A DNA stretch of 36,586 bases, taken from IMG/VR virus record IMGVR_UViG_3300027805_000007. The stretch is one strand, 5' to 3'. The notes beneath the pieces were generated by a model. That model did not search any database, was not told the origin of the DNA, and saw nothing but the letters and a program-made list of their open reading frames with translations. The position numbers and the translations under genes were made by a program. Below are positions 1 through 8,880 of the stretch, in pieces; position 1 is the first letter of the stretch, and each line of letters begins with the position of its first letter. The DNA comes from an uncultured virus (IMG/VR IMGVR_UViG_3300027805_000007) (lineage: Duplodnaviria; Heunggongvirae; Uroviricota; Caudoviricetes).

Positions 1-469
1 CAGTTGTGCCTGCGGTGTCTTTTGCTTGCATGTAGGCGTTCTGAACCGTGAGGATGTCCCCATCGGCATCTTTCCATGTAAAGGTGCGACGGAAGTCCAC
101 ACGTTGCTTGAAGCGGATTTCCATTGCCTGTGAGTCCTCCAGTGGTGTGATGTTGTCAAGAGCGGATACTACGATTGTACCTTTTGCAACGGGGCGCTGA
201 ATGTCAGCAATAGTTGCAAAGACATCGTATTCCAACTCACCTAGTGGAAGGTCCTGGGTCTCTTCGCCCGACAAGGACAACATGATGCCCTGTTCAGACG
301 TGATCTCAACAGTTATTTCTTTTTTAGCCAACCCAACGGTTTGGATAAACGACCGAGCCTCAGTTGGTTTTAGCAGTCTGTGGGTACGGCGATCTTTAAC
401 AATGATCAGGCGCTCCCATGGAAGCCCACGAGTAATGGAGTAATTGACGGTGTGGGCTGCGTGTGCCAT
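1..469 (-). CDS. Partial hypothetical protein, possibly virion/tail-associated (runs off left end)
   Basis: Read manually: ATG at 469, MAHAAHTVNYSITRGLPWERLIIVKD..., open to position 1. TAAACT -10 element lies 6 nt upstream. Absent from the ORF track because it is truncated; function is a guess. Confidence 0.65.
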   Translation of the reverse strand, partial: MAHAAHTVNYSITRGLPWERLIIVKDRRTHRLLKPTEARSFIQTVGLAKKEITVEITSEQGIMLSLSGEETQDLPLGELEYDVFATIADIQRPVAKGTIVVSALDNITPLEDSQAMEIRFKQRVDFRRTFTWKDADGDILTVQNAYMQAKDTAGTT

Positions 470-478
470 GCTCTAAGT

Positions 479-652
479 TTACTCTACAGAATCGTCGCCT
501 TTTAGCAAGGCTCCAACAAGGTGGATGCCCAATGAGGCAATCGTAATCCAGATACCCCACTTCAACGTCTGACCGCTTAAGGTAATCAGGACCATGCCCG
601 TACCACCAAGAGTCCACGCCAAGGCATGCAGTTCATCAATAAGTTTCTTCAC
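479..652 (-). CDS. Small two-TM membrane protein (57 aa), possibly holin-like
   Basis: Manual translation MKKLIDELHALAWTLGGTGMVLITLSGQTLKWGIWITIASLGIHLVGALLKGDDSVE; GGAG SD before GTG. Confidence 0.65.
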   Translation of the reverse strand: MKKLIDELHALAWTLGGTGMVLITLSGQTLKWGIWITIASLGIHLVGALLKGDDSVE

Positions 653-673
653 AGGTCTCCTAGAGAATCAGAT

Positions 674-2197
674 TTAAACTATTGATTGACGTCTAGAGAC
701 GACTGGTGCAGGCAATATAAATGATACCGTAGTCACCGCTACCACTACACGACGAGCACCCACGGAAATCGTAGAGTTTGTCGGCACGTACTCGTCAAAA
801 CCGCCCTCAAAGACATTGATTTCTTCTTCAAAGGCTTCTTTAACTTCGGTTGGTGCTTCCAAAAGTGCTTCAACAATAGCGGCGGCTTCTTCTCCTGAAA
901 GTTCACCAGTATCAATAGAAGCAAACACTTCGGTTGCTTGGTCTCCAGTAATGCTTTCTAGAACTGCGGCGCTGGTAGCAAGTTGAGTTGCTTGGTCGCT
1001 AGTGACATCAGTAGCCAAAATGGTGTCCACAATCTCTTGCACTTGTTCTTCAGTAACACTGTCCGATTCCAAAACGTTTAAGACTTCATCCAGAACTTCT
1101 GCGGTTATTTCTTCAAGGGTATCTAAATTCTCAACTACAGCGTCAACAATGGCTTGAACTTGCTCTTCTGTAATGTTGTCTGAGTTAAGAGCGTCTGCAA
1201 CTTCGGACAAAACCTCTGGTGTGATTTCTTCAATATTAGTTAGTTCTTCAACTACAGCCGCTACCTCTTCTTCGGTCAATGGCTCTAAATTTGGCTCTAA
1301 ATTTGGCTCTAACGTTGTAATAGTTGTTTCTTCAACGGTAGTCTCAGGGTATGTTTCAGTTATTGTGGTCTCTGGCTCAGTGGTCTCTGGTTCTGGCTCA
1401 GTTGTTGTGGTTATTTCTTCTGGAAGCGTCGTTTCTGGGGTGGGTTCCTCTACTATTGTCGTTGTGGTGCCTGTCGGCACTTCTACGATCGGTTCAGGGA
1501 CGGGAGGGACTGTAGATGTTGTGGTGGTGCTTGTTGGGGTCACCGTTGACGTGGTACTTGTTTCTGGGACTGTTGTGGAAGTTGAAGAAGTAGACGTTGT
1601 TGTCTGAGGTTCAGTACTTGTTGTGGTCGTGGATTCCGTGGTCGTTGTCGGCGGCTCTGTTGTTATTGTTGTCGTTGTGGAAGTGGTGGAAGAAGTAGAC
1701 GTGGTAGACGTAGTTGTTGTTTGTGAAATACCGTTCCATAAAGATAAATTACTAATTGTTAAATGACCTGGCTGGCAACAACTATCTGTTGAATACTGGC
1801 GGAACGTGAAGATGTCACCCTCGTTCACGGGTACAGAGAGCGAACCTGTTGCATCGTTCTGTTGTGTAAGCAATGTGTATACACCGTTGATGCCGTACTG
1901 TGGCGGGTCATACACCCAACCGTCATAGGTTTGGTATGACCAAGTGAAATCTATTGTGTCCACATCTGCGGGAATTGTGGTCTCAATTTTGACCCAATGC
2001 GATTGACCTCCACACCCACCATCGTTAGGACCATGCAAGATAATGGTGTCATTTATGACTTCTATTGAGCCATTACAGGCTGCTGATTCGCTGTATGTCC
2101 ATTCACCTAAAGCGTCTGCTCTAACAGAAGTAACTGGAGAGATCCAAGCAAAAAGCGCCACAGGGAAGTAAATCCAAAAGCCTCTACGAAGTCTCAT
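674..2197 (-). CDS. Secreted/surface protein: signal peptide, beta-rich domain, Thr/Ser/Pro/Glu-rich linker, acidic helical repeats, C-terminal hydrophobic anchor
   Basis: AAGGAGGG SD precedes ATG at 2197 (MRLRRGFWIYFPVALFAW...), so the start was moved from 2233. Low-complexity stalk and (EEITxEVLxEV...)-type repeats are visible. Confidence 0.75.
   Translation of the reverse strand: MRLRRGFWIYFPVALFAWISPVTSVRADALGEWTYSESAACNGSIEVINDTIILHGPNDGGCGGQSHWVKIETTIPADVDTIDFTWSYQTYDGWVYDPPQYGINGVYTLLTQQNDATGSLSVPVNEGDIFTFRQYSTDSCCQPGHLTISNLSLWNGISQTTTTSTTSTSSTTSTTTTITTEPPTTTTESTTTTSTEPQTTTSTSSTSTTVPETSTTSTVTPTSTTTTSTVPPVPEPIVEVPTGTTTTIVEEPTPETTLPEEITTTTEPEPETTEPETTITETYPETTVEETTITTLEPNLEPNLEPLTEEEVAAVVEELTNIEEITPEVLSEVADALNSDNITEEQVQAIVDAVVENLDTLEEITAEVLDEVLNVLESDSVTEEQVQEIVDTILATDVTSDQATQLATSAAVLESITGDQATEVFASIDTGELSGEEAAAIVEALLEAPTEVKEAFEEEINVFEGGFDEYVPTNSTISVGARRVVVAVTTVSFILPAPVVSRRQSIV
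1281..1312. repeat. Short in-frame 12-bp tandem repeat (GGCTCTAAATTT, about 2.7 copies) encoding LEPN LEPN LEP
   Basis: Directly visible. Confidence 0.8.
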
Positions 2198-2289
2198 GAC
2201 CCTCCTTAGACACGAAAGACGGACTGCTCGCAAGCAATCCGCCCTCGTTGAGTCTCAGTAATACATTGTACACGATAATTAACGATGTA

Positions 2290-3048
2290 CTAGAAAGGTA
2301 GTTCTGGTTGTTCGCTACGTGCTTGTTTACTCTTTTTAGGCTGAGGGATACGTCTGGTGCTCGTCATCCACGATGGGACGTTGATTGCAGCGTTGGGCGG
2401 GAAATCCTTATTAGGATCATGGATCATGTATGCATTCTGAGCACGGGTTTCAGCGGCAAGGGCACGATGTGCCTCACGTGGCATAGTTGCCGCATGGCTC
2501 TCATAGGCGGCTTCTTCACCATGTCGGGAGAAGTCACGACCGATGGCAAGGTGTCCAAGAGCATCGTGTACAGCACGGAACCTATCGTTTTGTTCGTTTG
2601 TCCATAAACTATGCCCACCCGTTGATTCAGTGGACAAAACACGTAGTCTGCGGTTTTTAGCGATGTCTTCGTGCATTTCACGTGGATGGTTGTACGGGTT
2701 ATCGTGGGTTACTTCAACGGCAATACCTGCACCACCCTGCTCTTTAGGAGTTGTTATGTGGGCGTACTGTTCATCAACTGTTCTAGTTAGGGCATCATAA
2801 CTACGGCGCATTGCACGAGTCAAAGGTTTTGGATTTGCATATGCAGGACGTACAGCCAATGCCGCTGTGTAGTGTGATTCTCCTGCACGAATATTGGCAA
2901 ACTGGTCTGGGTTATGGGTGCGCCCCACACGTGAGGCAAAGTGGCTGGCAACATCAGACAGTTCAGAAACAGGTGCGCCATAGCGCAAAGTGTCCCCACC
3001 TGGACCAAACTCTAGTGGCAGTTGCTCTTGTTGGACGGGTTTCTTCAC
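2290..3048 (-). CDS. Hypothetical protein with an HDxxGH metal-binding/peptidase-like motif
   Basis: NDRFRAVHDALGH...GEEAAY motif; QLPLEF near the N-terminus and QPELPF at the C-terminus. Confidence 0.65.
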   Translation of the reverse strand: MKKPVQQEQLPLEFGPGGDTLRYGAPVSELSDVASHFASRVGRTHNPDQFANIRAGESHYTAALAVRPAYANPKPLTRAMRRSYDALTRTVDEQYAHITTPKEQGGAGIAVEVTHDNPYNHPREMHEDIAKNRRLRVLSTESTGGHSLWTNEQNDRFRAVHDALGHLAIGRDFSRHGEEAAYESHAATMPREAHRALAAETRAQNAYMIHDPNKDFPPNAAINVPSWMTSTRRIPQPKKSKQARSEQPELPF

Positions 3049-3067
3049 CCTCCAATTTTAGTACAAG

Positions 3068-3298
3068 TTATACCGCTGTGAGGTTAATGGGTGAGTTCAT
3101 GAAGGCAAAATGAAGCGTTGTAGCAATATCATCTGATGTGTACCCAAGTTTAACTAAAACACTAATAACGTCGTCAACCGAACCAACCAGGGCATTATTC
3201 CAGTTTTTAATAGAGTCCACCGCTTTTACAACATCCAAAGCGTCTGCATGGTTTGGGCTATAACTCAGTAGGTGGGTAATTTGGTATGGTGCGGTCAT
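3068..3298 (-). CDS. Hypothetical protein
   Basis: Tightly packed ORF colinear with neighbours. Confidence 0.6.
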   Translation of the reverse strand: MTAPYQITHLLSYSPNHADALDVVKAVDSIKNWNNALVGSVDDVISVLVKLGYTSDDIATTLHFAFMNSPINLTAV

Positions 3299-3299
3299 C

Positions 3300-3875
3300 T
3301 TATTCTCCTTGTACTGTTCTTGCCCTTAAAGGCTGACCTTTCAAAAGAGCCGCAGTTGCTCGGTGGTGACCAGCAAGAATGATTCCTTGACCAGTGTCCT
3401 TCTTAACGTACACAAAAGGTAGTTGGTTTCCAACATTTTCTTTATCTGCGTACAAAGATGGTTGATTGGTCATGTAGTGGCGAACTCCAGCAGAAAGGAT
3501 ATGTGGTTGATTTGCTGTTAACAACCTTGGATCAAACTCTTCTACGTTTTCATTCCTAGGACGATTAATCGTTCTGTCTACCAATTCTTTGTCGTACCCA
3601 GTACCTTCTTTGCTTTTAGCAAAACGATCCCAAGGAACAGTGGTTTTAGCGTGGGTTGCATATCTGTATGCTTCACGCTCTGGTGGTACAGATCCTGTTC
3701 TTTTTTTAATATGTTCGTTGATTGCATTAAATGTTGGGTCTTCTCCAAGATTGCCAAACAATGCGTGAATGTCATTAGAACCATGAAGACTATTTAATTT
3801 TTGATACGACTGAGAATGTAGGTCGTAAAAACCAGCGTCTTTAATAAACTGGGATAAGTGTTGATGAGCAGCCAT
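3300..3875 (-). CDS. ParB/Sulfiredoxin-like domain protein
   Basis: LTANQP...LPFVY...IILAGHHRATAALLKG motif; N-terminus MAAHQHLSQF. Confidence 0.7.
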   Translation of the reverse strand: MAAHQHLSQFIKDAGFYDLHSQSYQKLNSLHGSNDIHALFGNLGEDPTFNAINEHIKKRTGSVPPEREAYRYATHAKTTVPWDRFAKSKEGTGYDKELVDRTINRPRNENVEEFDPRLLTANQPHILSAGVRHYMTNQPSLYADKENVGNQLPFVYVKKDTGQGIILAGHHRATAALLKGQPLRARTVQGE

Positions 3876-3894
3876 TAGTTATGTCCTTAAAAAC

Positions 3895-4038
3895 TTAATA
3901 TACACCTTCACAGCAGGCATCCCTAGAACCACACTCAGGGCAACGATAGTGGGCATGTTCTGGGCGCATGCGGGCACCGCAATGAACACACTGCTCGCTA
4001 CAGTCGGCTACTTTAGGACTTGGAGTTTGACTTCCCAT
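3895..4038 (-). CDS. Small Cys-rich zinc-ribbon protein (47 aa)
   Basis: Manual translation ...CVHCGARMRPEHAHYRCPECGSRDACCEGVY. The start overlaps the upstream ORF and is uncertain. Confidence 0.6.
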   Translation of the reverse strand: MGSQTPSPKVADCSEQCVHCGARMRPEHAHYRCPECGSRDACCEGVY

Positions 4039-4166
4039 GCACCTGTACCAACGGACTTAATGTTCAATAAAACAGATGATTTATACCCATGGGCCTTAGC
4101 CATTCTCATGGCTTGGTCAATAGCGTCCTGCATGGCTGGGGTATGAATGGGGTAGGTAACGATCAC
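4008..4166 (-). CDS. Small hypothetical protein (52 aa), leaderless
   Basis: Manual translation MIVTYPIHTPAMQDAIDQAMRMAKAHGYKSSVLLNIKSVGTGAWEVKLQVLK; TAGACT lies 6 nt before the GTG. Confidence 0.55.
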   Translation of the reverse strand: MIVTYPIHTPAMQDAIDQAMRMAKAHGYKSSVLLNIKSVGTGAWEVKLQVLK

Positions 4167-4182
4167 ATGTATAGTCTACAGC

Positions 4183-4947
4183 ATGCTTTTAGAAAACCTT
4201 ACAATACCAGCACCAGCACCAGGACCAGCCGATTGGAATGATGACGGCTTTGTAATTAAAAAAGGGCTGTTGCCAGAAGACTTAATGCAACAATATGAAC
4301 AATGCTGGATTGAACACAACCCAGAGCGACCTGGTGGATGGCCTGATTGTACTCCGTACCGTCGTCACCCAGAAGTGCTGAATATCCTTACCTATCACGC
4401 AATTAATGACACGATGGAACAATTGATTGGCGAACCTGCCGCTGTTCACTTGAATCTTACTGGTTGGGTCACTACTCGCCGCAACTGGCATCAAGACACT
4501 TATTTGAATCCTGCACACGTCGGTGACTACTACGTAGCAATTTGGATTGCTCTTGAAACTATTCATCCAGATTCTGGACCATTTCAGTTTGTTCGTGGTT
4601 CACATCGTTGGCCTGTTGTTACACGAGAAAAGATCCTTGAAGCGTTAGAGCCAGAAGAACGTGATCATCGTTGGCCTAAGTACAGCGAGCGACTGCTCAC
4701 ACCATTGTTTGAAGCAGAGATTGAAAAGCGTAACGCTGAAGTAATTACTTACTTGCCAGAACGTGGTGACGTTTTGTTTTGGCATGGTCGTTTGCTACAC
4801 CGTGGTTCAGAACCTAATATTCCTGGTATGCCACGCAAATCATTGATTGCTCACTACTCAGGTATTAACCATCGCCAAGACATGCCAACAGCAGTACAAC
4901 ATGGTGCTGGTTGGTATTTCCCAATTGAGGGTGGGAATACAGAGTGA
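4183..4947 (+). CDS. PhyH-family 2-oxoglutarate/Fe(II) dioxygenase
   Basis: WHQD facial-triad motif, VAIWIALE...GPFQFVRGSHRW, GDVLFWHGRLLHRGSEP...R. Confidence 0.9.
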   Translation: MLLENLTIPAPAPGPADWNDDGFVIKKGLLPEDLMQQYEQCWIEHNPERPGGWPDCTPYRRHPEVLNILTYHAINDTMEQLIGEPAAVHLNLTGWVTTRRNWHQDTYLNPAHVGDYYVAIWIALETIHPDSGPFQFVRGSHRWPVVTREKILEALEPEERDHRWPKYSERLLTPLFEAEIEKRNAEVITYLPERGDVLFWHGRLLHRGSEPNIPGMPRKSLIAHYSGINHRQDMPTAVQHGAGWYFPIEGGNTE

Positions 4948-5525
4948 AACTACTTAACGCAGGTTGTGGAACACATTACGCACAAGGGTGGGTAAACGTT
5001 GATGTTTGGGAATCAGACACAACAAAACCAGATGTTGTTGTAAAACCAGGTGAACCATACCCATTTGATGACAACACATTTGATGCTGCCTACTTAGGAC
5101 ATGTTATTGAGCACATTCCTTGGAATGATGTGCCTAAGTTCCTTACAGATATTTCAAGAGTTGTAAAACCGAACGCACCAATACTTGTAGTCGGTCCAGA
5201 CGTTTATAAAACAATAAAGAGATGGAAAGACGGTCAGGAACCGTTTTGGATGATTGAGTCTGTTCTAGAACATATGGACATGAACTGGCAACCTGAGCGT
5301 ACTCATGAGTGGTGGGATGGTGCACATCATCATTGGAACTGCCATGAGCAACGTGTAGAGAAGTTGCTGGACAAATGTGGTTTCTTAGACATTCGCAATG
5401 TTTATGAGGATATTCCGAATGATCCCAACGGTTTGTCATGGTTTGATAGTACAACAAACATCACATGGCCTGTGGTTGGTAAATACTTCTGGCAACTAGC
5501 GTTTAGTTGTAAGAACCCTATTTAA
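4944..5525 (+). CDS. Class I SAM-dependent methyltransferase (Methyltransf_11-like)
   Basis: LLNAGCG..., PFDDNTFDAAYLGHVIEHI...RVVKP; GTGA overlap with the dioxygenase gene. Confidence 0.85.
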   Translation: MKLLNAGCGTHYAQGWVNVDVWESDTTKPDVVVKPGEPYPFDDNTFDAAYLGHVIEHIPWNDVPKFLTDISRVVKPNAPILVVGPDVYKTIKRWKDGQEPFWMIESVLEHMDMNWQPERTHEWWDGAHHHWNCHEQRVEKLLDKCGFLDIRNVYEDIPNDPNGLSWFDSTTNITWPVVGKYFWQLAFSCKNPI

Positions 5526-6126
5526 TCCAAATACCCACACGCTCTGCTTCTGCACCGTCATCACTGACAAAGGTGTAGCCATCTGGCATCGGATCTGGTT
5601 CGTCAAACCATACTGGAACCATGCAAGTGTTACCGTACACAAAGTCAGGATTGCCTCTTAAATGTACCTCTATGAGGTTGCCGTCAATAAACTCACAGTT
5701 TATGGTTTTGTATCTAGTGACTAAGTGTTTCAAGAAACTAGGTAGCGGGTAAGTCTTAGCAACCTTCTCCCAGTAAACAAACCTGCTGTATGGGCGTTCT
5801 GCATGCTTAATGCCAACAACAGACAACACTGGTTCGCCTAATTCGTAATCAATGCTTAGATGCTCACCTGTAAACACCTCACACCAGAACTCACCTGGAT
5901 GTAGATGGTTTGTGTTGTGGGTAAGATGCTCAACACGTGCTTTAGTTCCCATGCCATTGATATTCATGACTGGTTTAACGAAATAGTCGTTAGGGGTTGG
6001 GACTGTCACGCCCGTGGGACCACAAAGGTGTCCAGCACGTCTTGCAACAATTAATTTATCAAAGACCCATAAGTCTTCGTCAGATACATTCCCAACCCAC
6101 GCAATAGCGTCTGGGGGTGGGCGCAT
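5518..6126 (-). CDS. ATP-grasp-like phage protein
   Basis: FDKL...YFVKPVMNINGMG...FWCEVFTGEHLSIDY...INCEFIDGNLIEVHLRGNPDF. The start is probably ATG 6126, just after the upstream stop. Confidence 0.6.
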   Translation of the reverse strand: MRPPPDAIAWVGNVSDEDLWVFDKLIVARRAGHLCGPTGVTVPTPNDYFVKPVMNINGMGTKARVEHLTHNTNHLHPGEFWCEVFTGEHLSIDYELGEPVLSVVGIKHAERPYSRFVYWEKVAKTYPLPSFLKHLVTRYKTINCEFIDGNLIEVHLRGNPDFVYGNTCMVPVWFDEPDPMPDGYTFVSDDGAEAERVGIWIK

Positions 6127-6127
6127 A

Positions 6128-6364
6128 CTATTCTTCTTTACTAATGACTCCAAAAGCAGAATCAATGTCTTCAGCGCTTAGATCACCGTCAGCAAGATAC
6201 AACCGAGCCAATCGCTCTACAACTGTGGCAACTCCACCAATACCAGCCATCATTATGGCTTTCCAGAGTTCAACTCCTGCAATGGTACCAGCACCGACAA
6301 CACCTAGTCCAGTGGCGGCAAATGCCGCAAGGATACGTAGAAATACATGTTTTAGTTTCTTCAT
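6128..6364 (-). CDS. Small membrane protein (holin-like)
   Basis: Two hydrophobic Gly/Ala-rich helices and an acidic tail; TATAAT 6 nt upstream. Confidence 0.65.
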   Translation of the reverse strand: MKKLKHVFLRILAAFAATGLGVVGAGTIAGVELWKAIMMAGIGGVATVVERLARLYLADGDLSAEDIDSAFGVISKEE

Positions 6365-6381
6365 CTACCGATTATAGATGA

Positions 6382-6585
6382 TTAGACCTTGGAGCGCCTT
6401 TTGAAGTCTTGGTGCATGAGGTGACCACGGTGGTCACGGCGGTAATCTTCACGGATTGGGGCAATATGACCATGTTCGTCTACAGCACGCATCAAATTGC
6501 GGTGAAAAGCACGGATAACAAGAAGGACGGCGGTGGCGATGATAAAGGTAGACATAAGACGTTTAAGTATAACCGATTTAGTCAT
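6382..6585 (-). CDS. Small single-TM protein
   Basis: Hydrophobic N-terminal helix; GGAGG SD. Confidence 0.6.
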   Translation of the reverse strand: MTKSVILKRLMSTFIIATAVLLVIRAFHRNLMRAVDEHGHIAPIREDYRRDHRGHLMHQDFKRRSKV

Positions 6586-6588
6586 AAA

Positions 6589-6762
6589 TTACCCTCCGTT
6601 TGAATAGAAGCCACGACCAACCAGATTGACCGCTGGAGAGAAGTAGACAGGGCGTAACTGCTCACCGCAGTCTGGACAGTTGATTACTTGCTGTTCGTCA
6701 TAGATACTGCGGGTTTCTTCATGACGGTGGTCATTTCCGCACTTGTAAGCATATGTTGGCAT
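6589..6762 (-). CDS. FmdB-family zinc-ribbon protein
   Basis: MPTYAYKCGNDH...CPDCG...LVGRGFYSN. Start reassigned to ATG 6762. Confidence 0.8.
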   Translation of the reverse strand: MPTYAYKCGNDHRHEETRSIYDEQQVINCPDCGEQLRPVYFSPAVNLVGRGFYSNGG

Positions 6763-6772
6763 GTCAAAAAGT

Positions 6773-7141
6773 CTAGTCGTATTGGACAGGGATTTCTGCG
6801 TTGGGGTTAATATCGTTGGCAACTGCAATGCGGTGGTGCCCATCTTCAATAACAGGTCCTTTATAGTCAGCCCCAGGAAAGTAGTCGTACGTACGACCAC
6901 GAACACTAAATGGGTGTTGACCTATCGTAATAGGATCTTGTACGCCCTCATTTTTAATTTCATTGTATAAACCTTCAGTTTTTGCTTCTTGTACTTTACG
7001 AGAAGTTACTTGAGGAAGATCTCTATATCTCTGAGGTTTGTCAGTTTCTGGCTGATCTAATGGAATCATGTCCATCAACTTATGTGCAGGAATAAACATA
7101 GCCAGTTGGGCTTCGTTAAGAACATGCTTCTTTTTACCCAT
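6773..7141 (-). CDS. ParB/Srx-like single-domain protein
   Basis: LYNEIKNEGVQDPITI...IEDGHHRIAVANDINP. Confidence 0.75.
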   Translation of the reverse strand: MGKKKHVLNEAQLAMFIPAHKLMDMIPLDQPETDKPQRYRDLPQVTSRKVQEAKTEGLYNEIKNEGVQDPITIGQHPFSVRGRTYDYFPGADYKGPVIEDGHHRIAVANDINPNAEIPVQYD

Positions 7142-7545
7142 TAGTCACGCTCTTCAGGTGTACTTACGTTACGTTCTGATTGCCTAGAATGAAATGTTGC
7201 CCTACCTGTGGCTACAAAGCCAGTTTTTGATGCGTATTCCTTACCATAGACTGTTTCTACAGCAGAATGGACATCTTCTGGCATTCTACGTTTAACTTGT
7301 TCAGAAACACTGGCTATGTCCTGTGGGGTTTCTACTTCGTTAATCCACGCACCTTTACCTTCTCCACGTGTAATTGCATACTCTTTGGCTTTTTCAAGGT
7401 CATTAGTAGCAAAAGCATATGGAGTTGTATCGCCTCCATAGTTTGTCATAGAACCCGTTTTTATAGGTTTTACTAATTCACCTTTTTTAAATAGATGTGC
7501 TGAAGAATGGAACAACTTAGGATTGAGGTGCTCTTGTGCTGACAT
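7141..7545 (-). CDS. ADP-ribosyltransferase-like protein (Arr/PARP-like fold)
   Basis: LFHSS..FKKGELVKP...YAFATNDLEKAKEYA...WINEVE. Confidence 0.55.
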   Translation of the reverse strand: MSAQEHLNPKLFHSSAHLFKKGELVKPIKTGSMTNYGGDTTPYAFATNDLEKAKEYAITRGEGKGAWINEVETPQDIASVSEQVKRRMPEDVHSAVETVYGKEYASKTGFVATGRATFHSRQSERNVSTPEERD

Positions 7546-8165
7546 TACTTCTTAGGCCATTCAGTTGGGACAGACGTAGGGTCAACTAACCATTCTGCTT
7601 CTGGGCGACGCTTATCACCAACAGTTCTGCGAACTCCACCTATTTCAGACAAAGGCACACCACGAACTAAGCCAGGGGCGGCTTTAAAGATAGAACCACG
7701 AGATCTACCACGAGGTGCGGCAAAAGAACGAGCAACATTTAAGTCAGGAGTAAATGACAACGCTGTATCCCTAGACTCACCAACATCTAGTGAAGGTAAG
7801 CGACGTGCGCCACGATATAAGGTGACATCGTTTTCACGACTGTTGCCACGTACTGCGTCGGTGAGATCACGTAAACTAGCGGCAACACGGTGAGGGTTAC
7901 CAATTAAGTGTTCACCACGTTCCATTTGAAACTGAGCAACGGTGTGGCTGACATCAGTTGGCTTAATTAAATCGGCATGGCTTTCAGCAAACGGACGCAT
8001 ACCTGCTCCGATACGAGTACCTTTCCATGCATCGTCATATTCTTCTGCTGACATCAAGGTGTCATTGATTTTGGCTACTTTGCCAGACAAAGCGTCTTCA
8101 ATGCTCATTCCATGAATTCTTTTAAAGTGCTCGCCAAATAGATAATTATTAAGTGGCGCACTCAT
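7545..8165 (-). CDS. ADP-ribosyltransferase-like protein (R-S-E type)
   Basis: TLYRG...LSFTPDLNVARSFA...EAEWLV. Confidence 0.65.
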   Translation of the reverse strand: MSAPLNNYLFGEHFKRIHGMSIEDALSGKVAKINDTLMSAEEYDDAWKGTRIGAGMRPFAESHADLIKPTDVSHTVAQFQMERGEHLIGNPHRVAASLRDLTDAVRGNSRENDVTLYRGARRLPSLDVGESRDTALSFTPDLNVARSFAAPRGRSRGSIFKAAPGLVRGVPLSEIGGVRRTVGDKRRPEAEWLVDPTSVPTEWPKK

Positions 8166-8180
8166 AAGTGACTAGTTACT

Positions 8181-8405
8181 TTAGTATTCTTGTCCTGGGT
8201 TGTCCAACATGTCGGCAGTGTCACGCAGTCCACAGCAGCGTTCACATGGGCAATCTTGCGCAACAGCCTTAAAGAAGGTGGAAATGTGGTTCAAACGACT
8301 TGGTGGAAAATCCTGCCCTTGGTTAGAAAGATAACCACGCTTGGCTACAGTCTCTTGTGGATTGATTGAGCGAGGATGGGCTGGTTCTTTTTTAGGTACA
8401 AGCAT
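8181..8405 (-). CDS. Hypothetical protein with CPCERCC motif
   Basis: ORF with TACAAT 6 nt upstream. Confidence 0.6.
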   Translation of the reverse strand: MLVPKKEPAHPRSINPQETVAKRGYLSNQGQDFPPSRLNHISTFFKAVAQDCPCERCCGLRDTADMLDNPGQEY

Positions 8406-8538
8406 TTATGTATTGTACAGCATGCTCTCACAACCATAATAGGCATATGAGTACCTCACCTGTCAAGGGTTTTTTAAAGAAAAATTAGGTAGTACTACTT
8501 CGTACACACTATTCAAATGGCGTCTCTAGGCAGTTAAA

Positions 8539-8880
8539 CTAAGTTTCTGTTGGTGGTTGGTGTTCTTTAACAACACGCCAACCATGACGAGATGCATAGT
8601 TTCGTCCAATCTCGTGGACGCTACCAGATGTTGGACCGTATAGGTCCTGACCACCTCGCATAGGTTTGACTTCCCATACCCTTACAGGGTTGTCTAAATG
8701 ACTATTCTTACTGTTTCTTAATGCTTCGGCACGTGCCGCATCAGGATGGTCAGTTGCCCATGTTTCATGTATCTGCCCGCCTGATGGGGGTGGGGGTACA
8801 ATAAACGAACCAACTGCCATATCTGGGGCTTTTGAACCATGGTAAAAGGTTGATGGAAATTGGTCTGGGCTAAGTGTCAT
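8539..8880 (-). CDS. ADP-ribosyltransferase-like protein (Arr-like)
   Basis: FYHGS...VGSFIVP...WATDHPDAA...RVWEVKP; N-terminus MTLSPDQF. Confidence 0.55.
   Translation of the reverse strand: MTLSPDQFPSTFYHGSKAPDMAVGSFIVPPPPSGGQIHETWATDHPDAARAEALRNSKNSHLDNPVRVWEVKPMRGGQDLYGPTSGSVHEIGRNYASRHGWRVVKEHQPPTET

Noticed and set aside
1173..1607. Val/Ser-rich plus-strand ORF, and similar ones at 35279-35641 and 35797-35991
   Set aside because: Antisense shadows of Thr/Pro-rich minus-strand genes.
7141..8880. Rifampicin resistance gene arr
   Set aside because: Only fold-level motif similarity; the context suggests phage effectors, so no gene symbol was assigned.
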